DNA of 53,068 bases. Origin: an uncultured Erysipelotrichaceae bacterium (lineage in GTDB: Bacteria; Bacillota_I; Bacilli_A; RFN20; CAG-826). The position numbers were made by a program, and so were the translations under genes. The DNA is taken from the NCBI GenBank assembly GCA_902768335.1, contig CACXKR010000004.1, positions 1 through 53,068 on the forward strand, given 5' to 3'. The notes under the pieces were generated by a model. It was not told the origin of the DNA, did no database searches, and worked only from the letters and a program-made list of their open reading frames with translations. Each line of letters begins with the position of its first letter. Within the stretch, counting starts at the first letter, position 1. Positions 48,965 through 53,068 of the stretch are shown here, piece after piece.

Positions 48965-50317
48965 TTATTGATTGGCCTCCACCATTTTATTAGATGGTTG
49001 AACTGTCGTCTCTACGCTAGTTTGTTCGACTTCTTTTTCTTGATAAAAACTATATTTTGCAACATAGAATCCACTGATGATATAAAACGGCATCATCGTT
49101 GTAGAAGCAGTTAATTGTTCTGATATAAAACCAGTTATTAGATAACTCAGTTGAACCACATAAAGCGCTAAAGCAAGATTATCCTTTTTGAGTAAATAAA
49201 TGATTCTTAATCGCTTTGCTAAATATAAATTTAGAGCAAGGTAGAGAATAAGGCCTAATATACCAGTTTGTCCTAGACAAGTTAAATAAGTATTTTCGGT
49301 ACCAATTGAGGAACGACCACCAAAGGTGCCAAAACCGGTTCCTAAGATATTTACTTGTCTAAAGGATTCGATGACATTGTTAATATGGCCGATTGTTGAT
49401 CCGTCATATAAGAAATCGATGATCGCATTGAATCTAACACCGATAAATACTCCAATAGCAGGAATTAAAATTAAGAGTAATTTGTAGTGCCTCTTATAGA
49501 AGATGAATAAGGAAAGTATCATGAAGATGCTAATTAAAATAATCGCTCTTGTGTAAGTTAAAATAATCGCTACAAAGTAGATTAAGAATGGAATATAGCC
49601 TTTGTGCTCATTAATGATTTTTACAAAATAATAGATAAGTGGGAGCAAAAGAACATAAGCCGAAGTTAATGGTCCACCCCACAAAGACACAAGTCTTTTT
49701 TGAGAGAAGAATACACCGTTATTATAACCATAGAAGTTACCAGGTAGTCCCATGTATAACATATCGCCTTGATCTTTGATATCGGTGAAATATTTGGTAA
49801 AACCAATCGTATTGGCCCAGAATGATTTTGTGCCGATCATTATGTCTAAGACATATTCAAAAATACCAATGAGCGCGACAGCTAATAAAAACACACCTAA
49901 AAATCTTGTTAATTTCTTCATGAAATAATCTTTGTTTTTGATGGTGTAACCAATCACAAAGAAGCAGGGGAGCAAAACAAAACCACGCGCAGCTGCAGCA
50001 GCGTTAAAGATGCTCGCGCCGCCTAAAGTGATGCCGATGATGAATTCAAAAACGACCCAAATTAAATAGAAGACAAGAGCTTTAAAATACTTACTATTTC
50101 GATGCTTGATTCTTACAAAACCATAAATGAAAAGAACAACCATCATTATATCTTTGAGATAGAAAAGAAATTTAATGAATCCGGTCGCAGGAATAATGGT
50201 GTATAAAAAGCTTAAGACAAAGTCTTGAAGAACACTCCACACCAAAAAGAACATAACCAATCTATCGAAATGGTAAATCCTGGTGTTTCTTTTAATGCTA
50301 GTTAACACTTGCTCCAT
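48965..50317 (-). CDS. Wzy polymerase/O-antigen ligase-family membrane protein
   Basis: About 11 TM segments; RLVSLWGGP, LTYTRA, GTGFG and ENTYL...GQTGILGL. Confidence 0.8.
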   Translation of the reverse strand: MEQVLTSIKRNTRIYHFDRLVMFFLVWSVLQDFVLSFLYTIIPATGFIKFLFYLKDIMMVVLFIYGFVRIKHRNSKYFKALVFYLIWVVFEFIIGITLGGASIFNAAAAARGFVLLPCFFVIGYTIKNKDYFMKKLTRFLGVFLLAVALIGIFEYVLDIMIGTKSFWANTIGFTKYFTDIKDQGDMLYMGLPGNFYGYNNGVFFSQKRLVSLWGGPLTSAYVLLLPLIYYFVKIINEHKGYIPFLIYFVAIILTYTRAIILISIFMILSLFIFYKRHYKLLLILIPAIGVFIGVRFNAIIDFLYDGSTIGHINNVIESFRQVNILGTGFGTFGGRSSIGTENTYLTCLGQTGILGLILYLALNLYLAKRLRIIYLLKKDNLALALYVVQLSYLITGFISEQLTASTTMMPFYIISGFYVAKYSFYQEKEVEQTSVETTVQPSNKMVEANQ

Positions 50318-51441
50318 TATTTAAATAAATCCTCAATAACTTTTGCGGCTTTATCCCATTTAAATGGTTCGCCTCTTTTTGTGACTTTTTCAAGCAATGT
50401 TTTCGCATCGTTTGAAGGATAATGAAGATATTCGTTTAATTTAGAAGTGAATTCTTCTTCACTCTTATAATCAAAATAGAATGGATAGTCATCTCCTAGT
50501 AGTTCTTTAAAAACCTCAATTGAAGAACAAAGTGGTAATTTATTGGATTCAATCGATTCTAGAATAGGCACTCCAAAGCCTTCGTATATTGAAGGGAAAA
50601 TAAAACACGATGAATTTTCATAGATTGATGAAATGTCTTTTTCATCCACAAAGCCTGTGAAATGAATTCGATTTATGTTTCTTACGTTTTCCAAAATCTT
50701 ATCTACTTTCCAACCTTTTCTCCCAACGATAACTAAATCATAAATTTCAGGGTTCTTATCCCAAATGTTATCGAGCCAGGCAATAAGTCGATCAAAATTT
50801 TTTCGTGGCTCAACTGTGGATAACGCTAATAAATATTTATCCGGCAAGTTATAATGCGCTTTTATTTCTTCAAATGGGACTTTGTTAATTGTCATTCCAG
50901 AAGAACAATATGTAACATGGATCTTATCAGGATTAAATTTCTTGTTATAGAATAAAATTCTATTTTTTGAGAAATATGAATTTGTAATTATTTCATATGA
51001 AATTTTTAAAGCATGTTTAATCGATCGTTTAAAATAAACCCTTGAAGCAAATTTCATTGTTTCAGGAACATCGAAAGCGACCATATCATGAATCATCGTT
51101 ATGACTTTTGTATTCTTCTTTGGTCTCCAGAGTAGACTTGGTGGAAACGCTAAGAATAAGGCATAGTCAGGTTTAAACTTGTTAACGTATTTTTTGATAC
51201 CAAAAAGAAGAGTTTTCATTCTGCTTCCTTCAATAATCTTGTAAGAAACGTTATCTTGTTTTAATTCGTCTTCACTTATATAAGAAACCTTGTTCTTAAA
51301 AAGCAAATGAAAATGATATTGCTTATTTTTAATAAGCTCCCTAGTGATGAGCAAGGCGTAATGTTCAATGCCTGAAAAATTATCATCAAGCGATGTTAAA
51401 TCAATGAGTACTACTTTCTTATTGCCACTATTTAAGCTCAT
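50317..51441 (-). CDS. GT4 glycosyltransferase
   Basis: SGIEHY, IHD, STVEPRKN, GRKGW and FPSIYEGFGVPILES. Confidence 0.93.
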   Translation of the reverse strand: MSLNSGNKKVVLIDLTSLDDNFSGIEHYALLITRELIKNKQYHFHLLFKNKVSYISEDELKQDNVSYKIIEGSRMKTLLFGIKKYVNKFKPDYALFLAFPPSLLWRPKKNTKVITMIHDMVAFDVPETMKFASRVYFKRSIKHALKISYEIITNSYFSKNRILFYNKKFNPDKIHVTYCSSGMTINKVPFEEIKAHYNLPDKYLLALSTVEPRKNFDRLIAWLDNIWDKNPEIYDLVIVGRKGWKVDKILENVRNINRIHFTGFVDEKDISSIYENSSCFIFPSIYEGFGVPILESIESNKLPLCSSIEVFKELLGDDYPFYFDYKSEEEFTSKLNEYLHYPSNDAKTLLEKVTKRGEPFKWDKAAKVIEDLFK

Positions 51442-51521
51442 AATGTTAATAATATTATAGTATTAAACATTAGAAAGCAAAAATCACAAAGAATAATTGA
51501 TTTATCTTAAAATAATTGTCT

Positions 51522-52901
51522 TTAGAAAAGCGACAATCTTTTTTCTTCTTTTGGATTTAAAGCATTATCTAAAAATTGCGCTACAGCACAGGCGATAAAC
51601 AAAACGTAATAATGATCTTCAAATACGCAATGAATGAGCATTCCTAAAATAACCAAAAGGAATGTTATGCAAAGAAATAGATTCTTTTTTGAAAAATTGA
51701 TACATGATTTTACTGTAAATGCGATTAAAGCAAAGAAGGCAAGTAAACCAAATATTCCTGCTCTTCCTAAAATTGAGAAGAAGAATGAATGAGTAGAGAA
51801 GGTTGCATCAGAAAGCACTAATGAATTGACAACAAATAAAGTTGAGTTGAAATTTCCATAACCTCTTCCAAAAACAACATGTCCAGAAATAATTTCTAAA
51901 GCCTTTTTCCAGATCTTGGCGCGACCAACAATGGTGCCTCCACCTTCGAACATTTTTGTAAACACCTCATTGATGGATGGAACAGCGAATATTAAAATGA
52001 GAGAAATCGCTAAAATCACCGCAATAGTGCCACAAATTGATAATAAAGCGATAATAAATTTCTTTTTATCGTCTTTAAATTTGAGTAGAAGTAAAACTAT
52101 AATCCAAGCGATTATTCCGACGATTGAAATAAGTAATGATGTACGGCAGAAAGTGAATATCATTTCAATAAAGAATAAAGCGATAAAGGCGAAATTGATT
52201 TTGCTTTTTGAAAGGCAATAAGCTGCCATCGCAGCAAAGATGGAAAACTCTAAAAATGCTCCATACATGTTGCGGTGGTTCCAGAAACTCTCAATAGTGT
52301 ATTCTTTAATTTCTCCCCCAGTTTGACCACTAAAAACAAATTGTAAGAAACTACCGTATTGTCTAAATTCGGTAATTAGTGAATAAATAATCGAGATGAG
52401 GGTAACAACCATCAAACAATTTATTAAAAATAAAATAATTTTCGTGCTTTTAATTCTTTGAGGTACAACAAAAATGCCAATATAAATAAAGGAAATAAGT
52501 ATTAAGTAAGTCATAAAGTAGGAGAATCTAACTGCTCCACTAATGTGAGTACCTAATTCTAAAGGCCCACCATTTATATCTTGGTATGTAACAACGATTG
52601 CTTCGGGTGCTAAAAAGATTGTTAGACATCCAATTAAAATTAAAAGGATGCTAACAGCAAGTGGAATTAGGCGAACTGTCGACTTATAAAATTTAAATTC
52701 AAAAAATAGGCCAACTGCTAAAAGCAAAATCGTGATAATTGATGTCGATATTGTTAATCCTAGAGGAACAATTGGAGTCTGAGGATTTAGCACACCCATT
52801 TGCATAACACCCTCGGTAATCACAGGAATTGCAAAAAGAGTTGCTAATACAAAAGTAATATCACTAAGTCTTAAATGTTTTTCTTCTAAGAATTTTAGCA
52901 T
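51522..52901 (-). CDS. O-antigen ligase/oligosaccharyltransferase-like (Wzy_C) membrane protein
   Basis: HRNMYG, TFCRT, GRAKIW, FGRGYG and THS...GRAGIFG. ATG 52901 lies 6 nt downstream of TATAAT; the ORF extends to 52934. Confidence 0.82.
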   Translation of the reverse strand: MLKFLEEKHLRLSDITFVLATLFAIPVITEGVMQMGVLNPQTPIVPLGLTISTSIITILLLAVGLFFEFKFYKSTVRLIPLAVSILLILIGCLTIFLAPEAIVVTYQDINGGPLELGTHISGAVRFSYFMTYLILISFIYIGIFVVPQRIKSTKIILFLINCLMVVTLISIIYSLITEFRQYGSFLQFVFSGQTGGEIKEYTIESFWNHRNMYGAFLEFSIFAAMAAYCLSKSKINFAFIALFFIEMIFTFCRTSLLISIVGIIAWIIVLLLLKFKDDKKKFIIALLSICGTIAVILAISLILIFAVPSINEVFTKMFEGGGTIVGRAKIWKKALEIISGHVVFGRGYGNFNSTLFVVNSLVLSDATFSTHSFFFSILGRAGIFGLLAFFALIAFTVKSCINFSKKNLFLCITFLLVILGMLIHCVFEDHYYVLFIACAVAQFLDNALNPKEEKRLSLF

Positions 52902-53068
52902 AGGACTATTATAGAGAATTTTTATGATTTTCACTAATCTCTTTTGTTTATATTTGCTAAAATAAAAACAATCTGTTTAGCAAATAATGTAATCTAGCCA
53001 TGTACTTGGTTAGATTTTCTTTTTATCTAACAAGTATAATCGATATATGCCGTTATCCTGCTAAATAA

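Larger units (their letters stand above)
30169..52901. other. Surface polysaccharide/glycoconjugate biosynthesis locus in two convergent arms
   Basis: Contiguous nucleotide-sugar, GT, flippase and polymerase/ligase genes; the arms meet at overlapping stops 46824-46827. Confidence 0.92.

Noticed and set aside
1-53068. Mycoplasma-type genetic code 4
   Set aside because: TGA ends several complete genes, including ATGA-coupled junctions, and long ORFs are intact under code 11.

Overview
AT-rich bacterial chromosomal segment using genetic code 11 (TGA is a stop at 371, 2258, 34955, 38489 and 45553). The gene content (DegV/DAK2 fatty-acid kinase, class II Fba, many lipobox proteins, no outer-membrane genes) suggests a compact low-GC monoderm, probably a reduced-genome gut or rumen Bacilli lineage (inference). 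Bases 1-30 kb hold the right end of an IS3-family element and housekeeping or scavenging genes: aqpZ, thyA-folA, fba, rarA, rlmD, GH2+MFS, a nuclease lipoprotein, a 5'-nucleotidase lipoprotein, two Fic genes and two tandem pairs of orphan lipoproteins. This half also has many lipid-related genes: a YwaF/TMEM164-like protein, two Pr6Pr/AIG1-like proteins (one fused to DUF2188), a TetR-lipoprotein-lipoprotein-LPG_synthase_TM operon divergent from fakB-fakA, and a DAG kinase. Bases 30-53 kb are a large surface-glycan locus in two convergent arms: WecE, ATP-grasp, Wzx, TagA-like GT, rmlACDB with a GT2-RmlD fusion, a WbsX-like protein, a complete GDP-heptose pathway, a Wzz-like protein, GT4 and two Wzy/ligase-like proteins. 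Several genes look leaderless. No rRNA, tRNA or CRISPR array was seen. All family calls come from reading motifs by eye, not from database searches.
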